Notes: generated by a model not told the origin, from the letters alone. A stretch of 64,000 nt of DNA from Octopus vulgaris (GCA_951406725.2 OX597823.1:108376001-108440000); one strand, 5' to 3'. Positions 1 to 13,597 are shown, counted from the first letter of the stretch. Numbers and translations are program-made.

Positions 1-94
1 TTCTGTGAGTGTAGTAGGTGCTTTTTACATGCCACCAGCACAGGTATCACAACTACAATTTCCATTTGATTTTTTGATGTTGATGTTGATCTAC

Positions 95-1280
95 TTGATT
101 CTGAGCCCATGTGGCACAAAGGAGCGAAGAGAGAAGATTAATCCCTGATCACGGCAAAGACTGGAGTCTGGTTGGCCCCTGTGCAAGGACAATCCAAACA
201 CAGACAGGTGTTGTAAAGAATGACCAGTAGAGTGGAAAAGCATGAGACTGAGGTGTTGTTGCTGAGTCGGATGTCTCACAGGTGTTTCATGAACCAGTCA
301 GCCAAGCGGCATCCCATTTGACTGATGTATAGAGAAGGACAGAGAGAGCTGGAGATAACGTTGCTAGAAGTGCAGGTGAAGGAGTCAGTGATATGATAGG
401 GTCGATGATGGGTGCCTGTGAGGAGGGAAGTGTTGGAGAGGTAGGGGTAAGTTTGACAGCATGGGTGGGAGCAGGGGAACAAGCCAGATTGGGAGGCTGT
501 GTTAGGGAAGAAGCTGTGGATGAAGAGGTCTCGTAGGTTAGTTGGGGAAGATGTACCAAGTGAAGGGGATTGGACTGGAGTCGCAGGAAGGCTCAGAGAA
601 TGGTGTGTTGGAGAGGTAGGGTGGTGGGGTAACAGGTGAAGGGAAATGGGAGATGGGTGACGGTGGGGTGGGTGTGGAGGAGAGAGCAGATGCACAGTCC
701 ATGGAACGTGCTCCGGCAAGGGCGGTGTGGATAGTGGTGAAGGGATATCCACATAGGATGAAGTGGAAAGCCATGAATTGAGACTGAGTTTCAAACCCAT
801 GTTCATCACTGCAGAGCCTGCATAGATGGAGGAATTGTGAATACTGGGATGGAGAACTTGGTGTGTTTAGGGTGGGAGGAGGAGAAGCTGCGGTATGAGT
901 GTGAATCTGTGTGCTTGTGGTGGATGGAGGTGGTGAGAATAGAGTGATGAATGCAGACCAAAATGTCAAGAAAGGTGACGGAAGTGTTGGAAATAGTGCA
1001 AGAGAAGTGAAGGGCAGGATGGAAAGATTGACAAAAGAGAGGAAGGAGTCTAGATGTTCACAGGAGAGTGAGGTTGCACCGATACAGTCGTCAATATAAC
1101 GACCATATAGTTTGGGAGTGGGACCAGTGAAACTTGAGAATATTTGGGCCTCAATGTAGCCAATGAACAGGATCACATAGTTGGGGCCCATTCTCGTTCC
1201 CATGGCTAATCCCGATTTCTGCTGGTAAAAATCACCTGTGAACAAGAAGCAGTTAAGTGAGAGGACAAGTTCGGCCAGAT
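95..1280 (-). mobile_element. Decayed Penelope-like retroelement ORF (RT + GIY-YIG endonuclease), frameshifted
   Basis: ORF 538..1245 has YQQKSGLAMGTRMGPNY...YGRYIDDCIG (PLE RT motifs). ORF 276..809 ends in CxxC...FTCTSSNVI...LYISQMGCRLADWFMKHL (GIY-YIG). Confidence 0.9.
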
Positions 1281-1439
1281 GAAGGAGTATTATAGATGTG
1301 TCAGATTAGGGGTTGGGTCATCTGTGTGTGTGGTGAGAAAGACCTTGGAGGGTTTAGTCCATAATTTTGGGACTGAAATCTTTACCAACTCCAAAACAAC
1401 ACCATCGTACAATAGCAAAGATCTGTCTAGAGTAAGGAC

Positions 1440-1557
1440 TGAAAAGCCTGAAGTGTTTAGCTCAGGAAAGCAATGCATTGCCTGCTCCAGGAATTGAAAC
1501 TACAATCTTAGGATCATGAGTCCAATGCTCTAACCACAAAGCCATGCCCCTCCATTG
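1440..1557 (-). mobile_element. tRNA-derived SINE head fragment (family D)
   Basis: Reverse strand reads ggagggcatggctttgtggttagagcattggactcatgatc...ttcaattcc (A/B-box-like). Confidence 0.6.
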
Positions 1558-1919
1558 AAGAGTGGTAGTAGTTGATAGAAATTGAAGCATTTTTGGTCCT
1601 AAATAGAAAAGCTAGTTTTGTGATGTAATAGAGTGTAGAGAGGCCACTGAGTAAGGGTGATGCTAAGCATTGCTGGTGACTTTGAGTATTCTAGGTATAT
1701 ACAATTCGTGCTTAATGGTGGATGGGAAGAATAGTGTTATTTTGAGATGTGCCGTGATTGTGCCTTTGTGCAGTTGATAGAAACCAGACTGGCATAATCC
1801 CACTGGAGGATGATTTTGAGGTTGTATTTCAGGGAGATAGGAAAAGTGTGTGTGTGGACATGTGAGTGTGTGTGAACTAGTGAGTGTGTGTGTATAGAAA
1901 GATAGATTAGATATAGATA

Positions 1920-2309
1920 TCTCTCTATATATAAAGCTGAAGTTGTCTGTGTATGGCAGGTTTGGTAGCCTTCAACTAACACTATCTCCTCCGAGACCCT
2001 GCGGTACAAGTTGACCAAAATTGAGAATATGATAGAAGACTTGCTCTTCCTTCCACAGACGGAAAAAATTCAAATCGGACCATGTTAGCACCAAAAATTA
2101 TTAACATCAAAAGGTGCTTTTTTTTCAAAGAAAATTCCTATTTTGAACAATTTTGTGACTGCTGTGTCGCCATTTTTCAGTGTATTTCAACCAGAAAAAT
2201 GTTCACTTAAAGAGAATAACAAGCTACATAATGCAAAATTTTTACTTTTCAAAAATTCCAATTCTAAAGGGTCAAAACAAACCCGAGCAACACCGGGCAA
2301 TACTGCTAG
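1920..2309 (+). mobile_element. Non-autonomous Helitron
   Basis: 5' TC start (tctctctatatataaagc), 3' CTAG end preceded by hairpin cccgagcaacaccggg, inserted between A and T, no TSD. Confidence 0.8.
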
Positions 2310-2360
2310 TTTAGATACATAGTCATGCACACACAAATGCAACAAACGCACAAAGAAAAT

Positions 2361-2404
<44 letters not shown>

Positions 2405-3260
2405 GTGTGTGTGTGTGTGTGTACATATGCATATATATTTACATACACACACACATATATATACCTACATTTATGTATATATATATCATGTGTGTGTGTA
2501 TGTGTGTGTGTGTGCATGTGCGTGTGCATGTGTGTACACACAACTCATGCACGCAGAATGATGGATATATGCATCTAGATGTGTATATGAGGTATATTTA
2601 CAAATGTAATTTGTCACAGAATACAGCAGAAACCAGGACCATATATTAGAACAATGAAAAACTAATAAAAAAACATCATGCCGCATGCAACGACAACAAC
2701 AGCAACAACAACAACACAAACACTCCACCAACACCACAGCAACAGTAACAACACAGACACTACCAACATTAACACCAACAACAACAAAACCAATACACAA
2801 GCAATACAACCACCATACATCATTACTCTCTTGATTCTATTTTAGAGTTTCCCTGCCCATTACTTCTGCGTATGACATTTATGGCCAACACAGATCACCA
2901 TACAGTGTCCAGCATCCAGTTACACCAAATATATATTTCTTGACCATATTTCATCACTTAATTCTTACTTTAAACAACCCCAAATATTGCCAACTTGGAA
3001 CAGAACTCGGTCAGCCATTCCTTATTTGTTTCCGTTATATTTTTTGTAATTAGATTTTCCTCACAATATTTTATATATTTTTAGCTTTTTTATTTATTTA
3101 TTGGTCCAGTCTTATTTTGCTCACCTCCAGCCCCCTTCTCCACCCCATACTGCCCAGTGTCCAGTCAGAATAACTGATTCATTCTTGTCAGTATTTATAT
3201 CTTTCCTCTACTTTTCCAATGCTTCTCTCTTTATGCTTTACTCGTCATTCATTTGTCATC

Positions 3261-3263
<3 letters not shown>

Positions 3264-3323
<60 letters not shown>

Positions 3324-3327
3324 CATA

Positions 3328-3425
<98 letters not shown>

Positions 3426-3476
3426 CATTATTATTATTATTATTATTATTATCATTGTTGTTGTTGTTGTTGTTGT
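3264..3476. repeat. (ATT)n then (GTT)n microsatellite
   Basis: Directly visible. Confidence 0.97.
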
Positions 3477-3910
3477 TTCTATTACTGTTTATTTATTGGA
3501 GTAGGTAGAGTGGTCACAGGGTGACAACACAGTGTTGAAAGGGTAGTGGCAAGATGGTAACAAAATGATGGAAGGGTGTCGGCAGGTGATGGAGATGTAG
3601 TCATAAGGTAGTGAAAAGGTGATGAAAGAATGGTGATAGGATGGCGATAGATTCCTGAATGAAATGCCTTGTGGTATTTGGTTATATCCTTTTACAATCA
3701 AAGTTTAATTCCAATAAAGAATGATTTATTTTTACTATTTCTCTGTCAGAAGTGGACAATGTATATAAGTACCAGCTAACAACTGTTGGGCCTGCTTAAT
3801 TAGCCGTTTCCCTCTCACTAAATTATAACTCTCATCATCATCATCATCATCACTGTCATCGTTTTCATCATTGTCCTTGTCGTCATCATCGTCATCATCA
3901 TCATTATTAA

Positions 3911-4124
3911 GAAGGCAGTGAGCTGGCAGAATCATTAACATGTCTGTGGAAATGCTTAGTGGCATTTATCTGTCTTTGCGTTCTGAGTTCAAATTCTGCC
4001 GAAGTCAGCTTTGCCTTTCATCCCTTTTGAGTCGATAAAATAAGTACCAGTTGAGCAATGGGGTCGATACATTTGACTTATCCCCCAACCGCCGAAATTG
4101 CTGGCCTTGTGCCAAAATTTGAAA
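3911..4124 (+). mobile_element. SINE family B (tRNA head + Nin/Deu-like core)
   Basis: aggcagtgagctggcagaatc...gagttcaaattctgcc...gcctttcatcc...gtcgataaaataagtacc. Confidence 0.85.
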
Positions 4125-4125
4125 C

Positions 4126-4199
<74 letters not shown>

Positions 4200-4207
4200 T
4201 TATTATT

Positions 4208-4395
4208 CCACGAGTAACCTTTCAAAGTGGCTCCCCCTACTGGGAGTTTTTACTTGTTATATTTTCGTTGTTATCTTGCATTTTTACATGGACTTTTCAA
4301 ACGGACAAAACCCTTTTTGTAACTTTTGTCCTGTATTTTGTCCTTACATGTTTTATTTGATTTTTGTTAGCCCTTGTGGCCAATAAACGAATTAA
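4208..4395 (+). mobile_element. 3' end of a non-LTR retrotransposon inserted in (ATT)n
   Basis: T-rich UTR ending gcccttgtggccaataaa, similar to the end at about 58530-58550; ATT repeats on both sides. Confidence 0.55.
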
Positions 4396-4621
4396 TTATT
4401 ATTATTAATTTTAAGGCAAAAAGCCGTCACAATTGCTTGTGTATCAGACAGAATACTTATATATAGATATATGATATGTATACAATCCACATGGCAAGGC
4501 TAATTGACAAAACAAGATGAACTTTATGTTTTGAAATTCACTTGGGCTGCTTTCTTTATGAAGAAGAGACCACAATCCTCTAGGCAGAGAGTGTAATGTT
4601 TATACATGTATACATATATAT

Positions 4622-4850
4622 CAACATCATCATCATCATAATTAATAGTCCATATTCCATATTGTCATGGGTTGGATGGTCTGACAGGAGTTGGCAAGTC
4701 AGAAAACTGCACCAAGTTCCACGGTCTGTTTTGGCATGATTTTTAAGGCTGGTTGTCTTTTCTAATGCCAACTAGTTTACAAAGCAGATGGGGTGATTTT
4801 TATGTGGCACCAGCACCGGTGAGGTCACCAAATAACTTGCAAACCAAAGA
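4622..4850 (-). mobile_element. SINE family C (Meta-like core, (GAT)n tail), decayed
   Basis: Homologous to 5083-5372. Confidence 0.7.
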
Positions 4851-5082
4851 CCATTTGAGATATGGATGATATCTAAAGGAGGTGGTTTGGTTTTGTGCCA
4901 AGTGATGAGGGACGGAAGCAGGTGTCTTGCTGTAAGGAGACATGGTTATCTCAGTTGGAGAGAGAGAGAAAGAGAGAGAAAGGGAGATGGTAGCTAAGTG
5001 CTAGGGCATACTCTCAAGGTATGATGACATGAATATAAATAGCATGGTACAGAACTGACTTGGGTGTGTGAGCACCATATAT

Positions 5083-5372
5083 CATCATCATCATCATCGT
5101 TTAACGTCCGCTTTCCATGCTAGCATGGGTTGGACGATTTGACTGAGGACTGGCGAGCCAGATGGCTGCACCAGGCTCCAATCCTGATCTGGCAGAGTTT
5201 CTACAGCTGGATGCCCTTCATAACGCCAACCACTCCGAGAGTGTAGTGGGTGCTTTTAAAGTACCACCAACACAAGGGCCAGTCTGGCAGTACTGGCAAT
5301 GGCCATGCTCGAAAATGGTGTGTTTTTTTCATGCCACTTGCACAGGAGTCAGTCCAGCAGCACTGGCAATTA
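5083..5372 (-). mobile_element. SINE family C (Meta-like core, (GAT)n tail)
   Basis: catcatcgtttaacgtccgctttccatgctagcatgggttggacg...ctggatgcccttcataacgccaaccactcc; many copies in the window. Confidence 0.85.
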
Positions 5373-5373
5373 C

Positions 5374-5491
<118 letters not shown>

Positions 5492-5859
5492 TCATATGTA
5501 CAGATACAGGCACACATATATATAAGCATATCAGTGTGTGCATGTATTTATGTATCTGTTTCTGTTTATGTGTGCCCTTATATGTTCAGTGCTTGAAGGC
5601 CTATAACACATTCTGTCCCCAGAAGATCCTTCCAGTCATTTGGCAGAAGAGGATAACGCATAAAAATTCTCCATTAAATGAAGAACGGCAGCATCGAACA
5701 GCTATTGAGTAAGATGGCTTTGACACTTAGTATGTCTGAGTGTTGTTTTTACCTTGTAGGATTCTTTGTTCTTAATGAGTAGCTACATCATGGCTAATAT
5801 TTGGCTGAAGGTCCAAAGAAGTAGCTAAAAATACCAGTTGAAGACCACTTTGAAGAGGA

Positions 5860-6030
5860 GGGACACCAACTATTCAAGAGTTGAAAACTCTGCAAGGCAA
5901 GCCATCTGATGGACACCCTAAAGGAGGTGGAAGCATGGCAGACCAAAAACAACAGGGTGAAAGTCGCCAGAAACTGAAACACTGGCAGGTGGCTACACCT
6001 GGGGACAAATGCAATCCATGGCTAAAATCA
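5860..6030 (+). mobile_element. RTE-clade LINE C-terminal remnant
   Basis: Translates with disruptions to ARQAI*WTPKGG...GRPKTT, a typical RTE ORF end. Confidence 0.55.
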
Positions 6031-6270
6031 AATACAGAGATCCCTTGTTGGGACCCTATTTCCCACATGGAGTTACAAGAATGATAAAAGATTAAGAAGG
6101 TACACAGTAATAACTGGTAATAACATGTTTCATCATTGACAGAAGCTGTACATGATGGATTATGGATGTACAGTCACTTCAAGATCTACAAAGGAAAGAG
6201 AAGATGGCAATCGTTAGAGTCAATAAATAACTATTGGAAGTTAAGCTTACGGTACAGCTGTGGCCATATA

Positions 6271-6430
6271 AGCACAGGTGTGGCTGTGTGGCAAGTTTAC
6301 TCCACATTCACTTGGTTCCTGGTTCAGTTCCACTCCATAACACCTTGGGCAAGTGTCTTCTATTATAGTCTCAGGCTGATCAAAGTCTTGTGGGTGGATT
6401 TGTTCAACAAAAACTGAAAGATACTCATCC
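6271..6430 (+). mobile_element. SINE family A 5' part (tRNA head + CORE-like domain)
   Basis: gcacaggtgtggctgtgtgg...ggttcagttccact...ccttgggcaagtgtcttc. Confidence 0.8.
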
Positions 6431-6597
6431 ATCATATACATATATATATATATATATAAGTAGGTGAATGAATTATCCTAATATGGAAAATTCGGTTAAC
6501 CGATACCTGGGTAGCAAATTCACGTCAGAAATTTTGTTAAAATATTTGTTCTACTCCATTCTTTCATTTATTCATATATATATATATATATATATGA

Positions 6598-6800
6598 TCT
6601 TTTCTACTCTAGGCACAAGGCCCGAAATTTGGGGGGAGGGGTCCAGCCAATTAGATCGACCCCAGTACACAACTGGTACTTAATTTATCAATTCCAAAAG
6701 GATGAAAGGCAAAGTTGACCTCAGCAGAATTTGAACTCAGAATGCAGAGACAGACAAAATACTGCTAAGCATTTCACCTGACTTGCTAATGTTTCTGCCA
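6598..6800 (-). mobile_element. SINE family B
   Basis: Reverse complement of 3911-4124. Confidence 0.85.
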
Positions 6801-7191
6801 TAAGAAATTGGTAAATATTGAAAGGCAAAATATATACCAGGTTGCTAGATATTTTTTTCAACCAAAACTCTGTGAGACTAGTACATCAGAGTGGACAATG
6901 TCCAATGATTGAGAACTGTAAAGCACAAAAGAATATATATGCTTATATATCCTTGAGTGTAATTGCATACGTTTGTGAATGTGTATATGTATATTTATCA
7001 CACAATATGAGTATATAGCAGTGTGTGCAATTATATTTTGTGTATATAGGCACAAGCTTTGAGTGCACATAAAAGTCTGCAATAGAGTTGATGTACATAT
7101 ATTCCATTTTATTTATCATACTTGTCTAACATCTCAGGTTTGACTAGAGCACTTCTATGCAAATCTATGTGTTTTGTAAGAAAAATGTAAC

Positions 7192-7235
<44 letters not shown>

Positions 7236-7243
7236 CATACATA

Positions 7244-7344
7244 CATCATCATCATCATCGTTTAACGTCCGTTTTCCATGCTACCATGGGTTGGACGGTT
7301 TGACCCATGCTAGCATGGAAAACGGACGTTAAACGATGATGATG
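7244..7344. repeat. Foldback hairpin made of two inverted family C SINE tails
   Basis: catcatcatcgtttaacgtccgttttccatgctaccatgggt / acccatgctagcatggaaaacggacgttaaacgatgatgatg. Confidence 0.9.
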
Positions 7345-8504
7345 TATGTAGATGTGTGTGTATATATATATATGTGTGTGTATATGTATATATATATATA
7401 AATATATATATGATATGTGTGCGTATATGTATATATATATACATATATATACATGGTATGTATGCATATGTGTATACACACATACATTTGTTTGTTTGTC
7501 TCTCCTCTATGTATGTGTGAGTATGCATGCATGTGTGTAAATATTACAATGTGTATGAGAATGCATGTATGTGTACACGTACAGTATGCACAATTGCTTG
7601 TATGTGTCTACATGCCTGCATGCATATATCTGAATATTTATTAATGTATGCATATTGCTTGATCATCACGCATGTATGTATATATATAAACTTGAAAGCA
7701 TGTGCATCTTGGCATTTCTATCCATACTGAATGCGTCTGTCACCATAATGTACATGACAATTGCATGTAAGCCTGCACACAGGCATGTGTGTATAATATA
7801 TCTGTATATTAATGTATGTGCATACATGTGCATTTACAATGCAAAGAGCAAAGACAGTATTTGAGGACGTCAAGATAAAGAAAGAAGATAAATACATATG
7901 CAAAAAATATATAAATATATAAATAGAACAAGAAAAAGAAACCCTTAAAAAAAATCAATGGGGTCCCTAGATGAATGGAAGTTGGTAGACAGAAGGGAAC
8001 ACATTAGAAAAAGCAAGTAACCCTTATGCTCTCTCTCTCTCTCTCTCTGCCTTTCTACTTCTCTCTGTATATATTTATCTCTTTCTATGGATTTGTACAG
8101 AGTTGCACAGCCCTGTCTAGTCCACCCTAGCCCTGCCCAGCCCCTGTTCTGTCCACCTCCCACCAGCCCTGCCCAAACCAATTTGGAATTATAAATTCTG
8201 GACGCAGTGGATGATTTGTTGGTGGTGGTCAAATGATTTATGTGTTGTAACTGACCATTAAAGCCTGCTACACTTACTGGACATCAACAAGGAGAAGGGA
8301 AGAAAGGAGTTGCCGGGGGGGGGGGGAGGAGGGAGAGAGGAGGTAGTGGGATGAGGAAGATATATAGAAGTGATAAACAATTGTAACACATACATTAACA
8401 TACACACACAAACACAGACACATATACACATATACACACATACCTGCATATGCACACAAATATATATTTGCACAGAAATATGCACACATTTGCTGTTTGT
8501 CTTG

Positions 8505-8547
8505 TTGTTGTTGGTGGTGGTGGGGGTGGTGGTGGTGGTGTTGTTGT

Positions 8548-8594
<47 letters not shown>

Positions 8595-8633
8595 GGTGGT
8601 GGTGGTGGTGGTGGTGGTGGTGGTGGTGGTGGT
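8505..8633. repeat. (GTT)n/(GGT)n microsatellite
   Basis: Directly visible. Confidence 0.95.
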
Positions 8634-8749
8634 TGTCTTTATTTTTTTGTTGACAGTTGGGGGACATCATCTTTTTTTTTGTTTGTTTGCAGTACGGATG
8701 ATGGTGATGGGAACAGGAATATCAGTGGGGGTGAGGAAGAATGTTGCCT

Positions 8750-10330
8750 TTGTTGTTGTATAAACCTAGGTCAACCCTGATTGAGCAAACTTACAATAAA
8801 TATGTTCCAAACATGACCATCCTATCATTTTAGTATTTTTTTTTTTTTGAGATTTGACTGTTATTTTTAGCAGAGTGAGCAATCCTGTAGGAGCTGCTTT
8901 GTTGACCAGATTGGCAGTGTTTGTAGTATTTCAGTTTTCATTTGTAATGGTAGTATTACTGCTGTTCTTTTGTTCAGATCAGTCCTGATCAAGCACCATT
9001 AGGATCAAAGACATTCCAGACAGGACCAAACCTTCCTTTTTTTATCTCTATGAAAAAATCCAGACCTGTATTATTCAATGAGTTCTTATCTGAAGTGTTG
9101 ATGTGCAATATGAAGGGGGATTCAGCTGCTATTTCTTGCAGGCTCCCCATTTGGCTCATCTCAATGGTATTGGTGATGGTGATGATATAGATGTCGATTT
9201 TGATGATAGTGGAGGTGTTCTTTTTGTTGCTGTTGTTGTTGTTTAACCACAGGTCAGTGTATAGTTAATCAAGATTATGGTTAATTAAGACAACTGCAGT
9301 ACGTTAGCGGAATTTATTTAGTTGACGACTGAGGAATGAAATATGAATTTAATAAAACACTGCAAGGCATTCTGTTTGATGTGAGAATGAAAATCATGTA
9401 TGTACATATATGTATATATGTATGTGTATATGTATATGTATGTATATATGTATGTGTATATGTATATGTTTGTATGTATGTATTTATGTATGTCATTATT
9501 CAGTTTTATTTCAAGATTTCTTGCCAATAGAGAAAGAGCTTGTTTGTAACCTAGATCAGTGTGTATGTATGCCCGTATGTATGTATGTGTGTATGTATGT
9601 ATGTATGTATGTATGTATGTATGTATGTGTGTGTGTATGTATGTATGTATGTGTGTGTATGTATGTATTATGTGTGTGCATGCATGTATGTATATATGCA
9701 TGTATGTGTGTGTATGTATGCATGTATGTGTGTGTGTATGTATGTATGTATGTATTGTGTGTGTGCATGTATGTATGTATGTATGTATGTATGCATGTGT
9801 ATATATGATCAAAGGTATGTATGTATGTATGTATGTATGTATGTGTGTGTGTATGTATGTATTATGCATGCATGTGTGTGTGTATGTATGCATGCATGTG
9901 TATATATCATCAAAGGTATTAGAATCATAATCAGCCTTTCTTTCTTTTTCTAGGCATAGTGTAACCTGGATTACATTATACAATGTACTCTTGTTTTTTT
10001 TTTTTAATTTGATAGCTTGTGATTTCAGATAGATTTGGTTGCCATTCTTGTAGATCAAGTGAGCCAAATGTGGCTCCCCCATTGACTTGCAAGATTTTCT
10101 CTAGGCGAAAGGGGTGTTGTTGTTGTTTGCTTTGCCCTCACATCCAAATTAACTCTAATACAACAATCCTATGATCTAAGACATTCTAGACATGACCATC
10201 CTGCATTTTCCTTATGGTTAGAAACCCAGGAACATCTTAAGCAATGTAATCTTTTTTAAAACTGATCGGTATGAGGTGATTTGGCAACTATTTCTAGCAG
10301 GTCATACAACCATGTCAATGCTCTGTGTTA
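8750..10330 (+). mobile_element. Cluster of 4-5 decayed copies of an old interspersed repeat (family E), interrupted by (TATG)n
   Basis: Recurring gatcaaagacattccagacatgaccatc and gatttggcwrctatttctagcagg motifs at about 8790, 9000, 9120, 10030 and 10170-10310; inverted copies at about 33050, 41690 and 46080-46200. Confidence 0.6.
9398..9905. repeat. (TATG)n/(TG)n compound microsatellite
   Basis: Directly visible. Confidence 0.95.
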
Positions 10331-10483
10331 TTGCAGCTATCATTAAGACTATTACTATTGTTGTTGTTGTAGTTGGTGTTCTTCCCATTACTAGAGATTT
10401 TATTGATGTTGTTGTTGTTGTTGTTATTGTTTCAAAATATGCCATTGCAGTTGATGCGATGATGGTGGTTGTAATTGAAGGCT

Positions 10484-10514
<31 letters not shown>

Positions 10515-10639
10515 CGTTGTTGTTGTTCCTGCTGCTACTGTTGTTTTTCCATCCCTTTGTGTGTGGAAAGATTTCAAATGATAAATGATTCTTGAGAAGA
10601 ATATAAATATTAAAGGAAATAAACAAGAAAGCAAAAGAA

Positions 10640-10699
<60 letters not shown>

Positions 10700-11477
10700 G
10701 TATAAAGAAAATATGTAAAAAAAAAATGTAGTTGAAGAAAAGAAGCCGTATGGAAAATATGAAAGTAAATAAAAACATAAAAATGGTAATGTCCATTCTA
10801 TGGCCACAGCTTTTCCATGACACTTAAAGAAATAAGAACCCTGCCCTGCTCTGCCCCTACTCCCTCCCATCCAATCCCTACTGCTACTATTCACCTTACA
10901 CACTCCTTCCTCATCGCCCTTCAGCCTAACCCCACCCCCATTTCTAGCCTGGTTTATTTCTCTAATATTAATGTAAAATCTACAAAGACGGACATAAAAT
11001 ATTTCTCACCCAACCTTCCTTGCTCTCTGCTTTTGTGCATGCGTGTATGTCTGCATGTATGTGGATGTAATTATGATTGTGTGTACATGGTGAACATATA
11101 TATGCCTGTGAGTGTATGTGGCAATGTGTATGTATGTACATATCACATTTCATGTATGTATGTATGTATGTATGTATGTACATATCACATTTTATGTATG
11201 TATGTATGTATGTATGTATGTATGTATGTATGTATGTATGTATGTGTGTGTACATGTGTATAGTGTATGTACATAATGTAAATAGCATATGTACATAGTC
11301 AGTATATAAGTGCATATGTTGTGATATATATATATATATATATATTTATGACAGGTTATATGTATGTGTATGTGTGTGTGTGTATGCATTTGTGTGTGTT
11401 GTATACTGTGATAAGTATGTAAGTACATACACATGGCAAATTGCATGTACATAGTGTATACATAGTATAAGTAAATT

Positions 11478-11512
<35 letters not shown>

Positions 11513-11671
11513 TTGAGGTATGTATGCATGTACAAATAACTGCTACTGTCTGTGTGTATAAACTTGAGTTGATACTCATTGTTCGTAGCTGATATATCTT
11601 TGGTGATATTTTCATGAGTTTACACATTGATACTCTCTGTGATGCATTGGTACTCACCTCGATACACTGAT

Positions 11672-12072
11672 ACTCTTTTACTCTTTTATTTGTTTCAGTC
11701 ATTTGACTGTGGCCATGCTGGAGCACCGCATTTAGTCGAGCAAATCGACTCCAGGACTTATTCTTTGTAAGTCTAGTACTTATTCTATCGGTCTCTTTTT
11801 GCTGAACCGCTAAGTGACGGGGACGTAAACACACCAGCATCGGTTGTCAAGCAATGCTAGGGGGACAAACACAGACACACAAACACAAACACACACACAT
11901 ACACATATATACGACGGGATTCTTTCAGTTTCCATCTATCAAATCCACTTACGAGGCTTTGGTCAGCCCAAGGTTATAGTAGAAGACACTTGCGCAAGGT
12001 GCCACGTAGTGGGACTGAACCCAGAACCATGTGGTTGGTTAGCAAGCTACTTAACACACAGCCACTCCTGCG
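11672..12072 (-). mobile_element. SINE family A, full length
   Basis: tRNA-like head caggagtggctgtgtg...ggttcagtcccact, CORE-like domain, internal (TG)n, tail gactgaaacaaataaaagagtaaaagag. Confidence 0.9.
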
Positions 12073-12261
12073 TGATATTTTCATGAGTTTACTCATTGAT
12101 ACTCCCTGTGATGCATTGATACACTGATGTTTATTTTGATGCACTAATACTCACTTTTGATACTCTCTGCGATACGTTACTACACACTTTGGTTAGTCAT
12201 TGGATATGATGATGATGATAAGGATAATAAAAAAAAAGGGAAAGAAAAATAGAAAGAGACT

Positions 12262-12424
12262 TTTGGTACAGGGCCAGCAGTTTTGTGAGGAGGGGCAAAT
12301 CGATCACATCACCCTCAGTACTTGGCTGGTACTTTATTTTATTGACCCGGGGGGGGGGGATGAATGGCAAAACTGACCTCAGTAGAATTTGAGCTCGGAA
12401 TATAAAGACGGATGAAATGCTGCT
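12262..12424 (-). mobile_element. SINE family B, decayed
   Basis: Homology to other B copies. Confidence 0.7.
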
Positions 12425-12449
12425 AATAATAATAATAATAATCCAATAT

Positions 12450-12850
12450 CTTTACTTTTTTACTCTTTTACATGTTTCAGTCATTTGACTGCGGCCATAC
12501 TGGAGCACCACCTTTAGTCGAGCAAATCAACCCCGGGACTTATTCTTTGTAAGCCCAGTACTTATTCTATCGGTCTTTTGCCGAACCACTAAGTTACGGG
12601 GACGTAAACACATCAGCATCGGTTGTAAAGCGATGTTACAAACACAGACACACAAGCACATACATAACATACACATATATACATATATATACGACAGGCT
12701 TCTTTCAGTTTCTGTCTATCAAATCCACTTACGAGGCTTTTGGTTGGCCCAAGGTTATAGCAGAAGACACTTGCCCAAGGTGCCACGTAGTGGGACTGAA
12801 CCCCGAACTATGTGATTGGTAAGCAAGCTACTTACCACACAGCCACTCCT
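12450..12850 (-). mobile_element. SINE family A, full length
   Basis: Homologous to 11672-12072. Confidence 0.9.
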
Positions 12851-12881
12851 AATTCTACCAACTCACTGCCATTTTTTTTCA

Positions 12882-12919
<38 letters not shown>

Positions 12920-13060
12920 CAACAACAACAATAATGATAATAATAATAATAACAATAATAATAATAACAATAACAATAATGATAATAATAATAATAACAA
13001 TAATAATAATAATGATAACAACAACAACAACAATAATAATAATAAGGGTTCTACCCATCC

Positions 13061-13120
<60 letters not shown>

Positions 13121-13187
13121 TAACAATAACAATAATGATAATAATAATAATAACAATAATAATAATAATGATAACAACAACAACAAC

Positions 13188-13222
<35 letters not shown>

Positions 13223-13227
13223 TGATG

Positions 13228-13261
<34 letters not shown>

Positions 13262-13449
13262 TGATGATAATAATAATAATAATAATAATGATGATAATAA
13301 TAATAATAATAATAATAATGATGATGATAATAATAATAATAATAATGATGATAATAATAATAATAATAATAATAATGATGATGATAATAATAATAATAAT
13401 AATGATGATAATAATAATAATAATAATAATAATGATGATGATAATAAAT
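12882..13449. repeat. (AAT)n compound microsatellite with AAC/GAT variant units
   Basis: Directly visible; interrupted by agggttctacccatccat at about 13044-13062. Confidence 0.97.
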
Positions 13450-13597
13450 AAGGAAGATGATTTCATATATTTGCCACCAGTGCGAAGGATGAAGGGGACA
13501 ACACAAAGACAAACATAAAGTGTAGGGATTTACATGTAAGAAAATGATAAAACAATTAAATAAGTGGCAAAAAAAGTAAGTATGCACAGTGTAGTAG

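Noticed and set aside
11844-12086. Recurrent peptide LLSVSVYQIHSQGFG...EDTCPRCHAVGLNPEPCGW in many ORFs
   Set aside because: Antisense translation of SINE family A; frameshifts differ between copies, so it is not a gene family.
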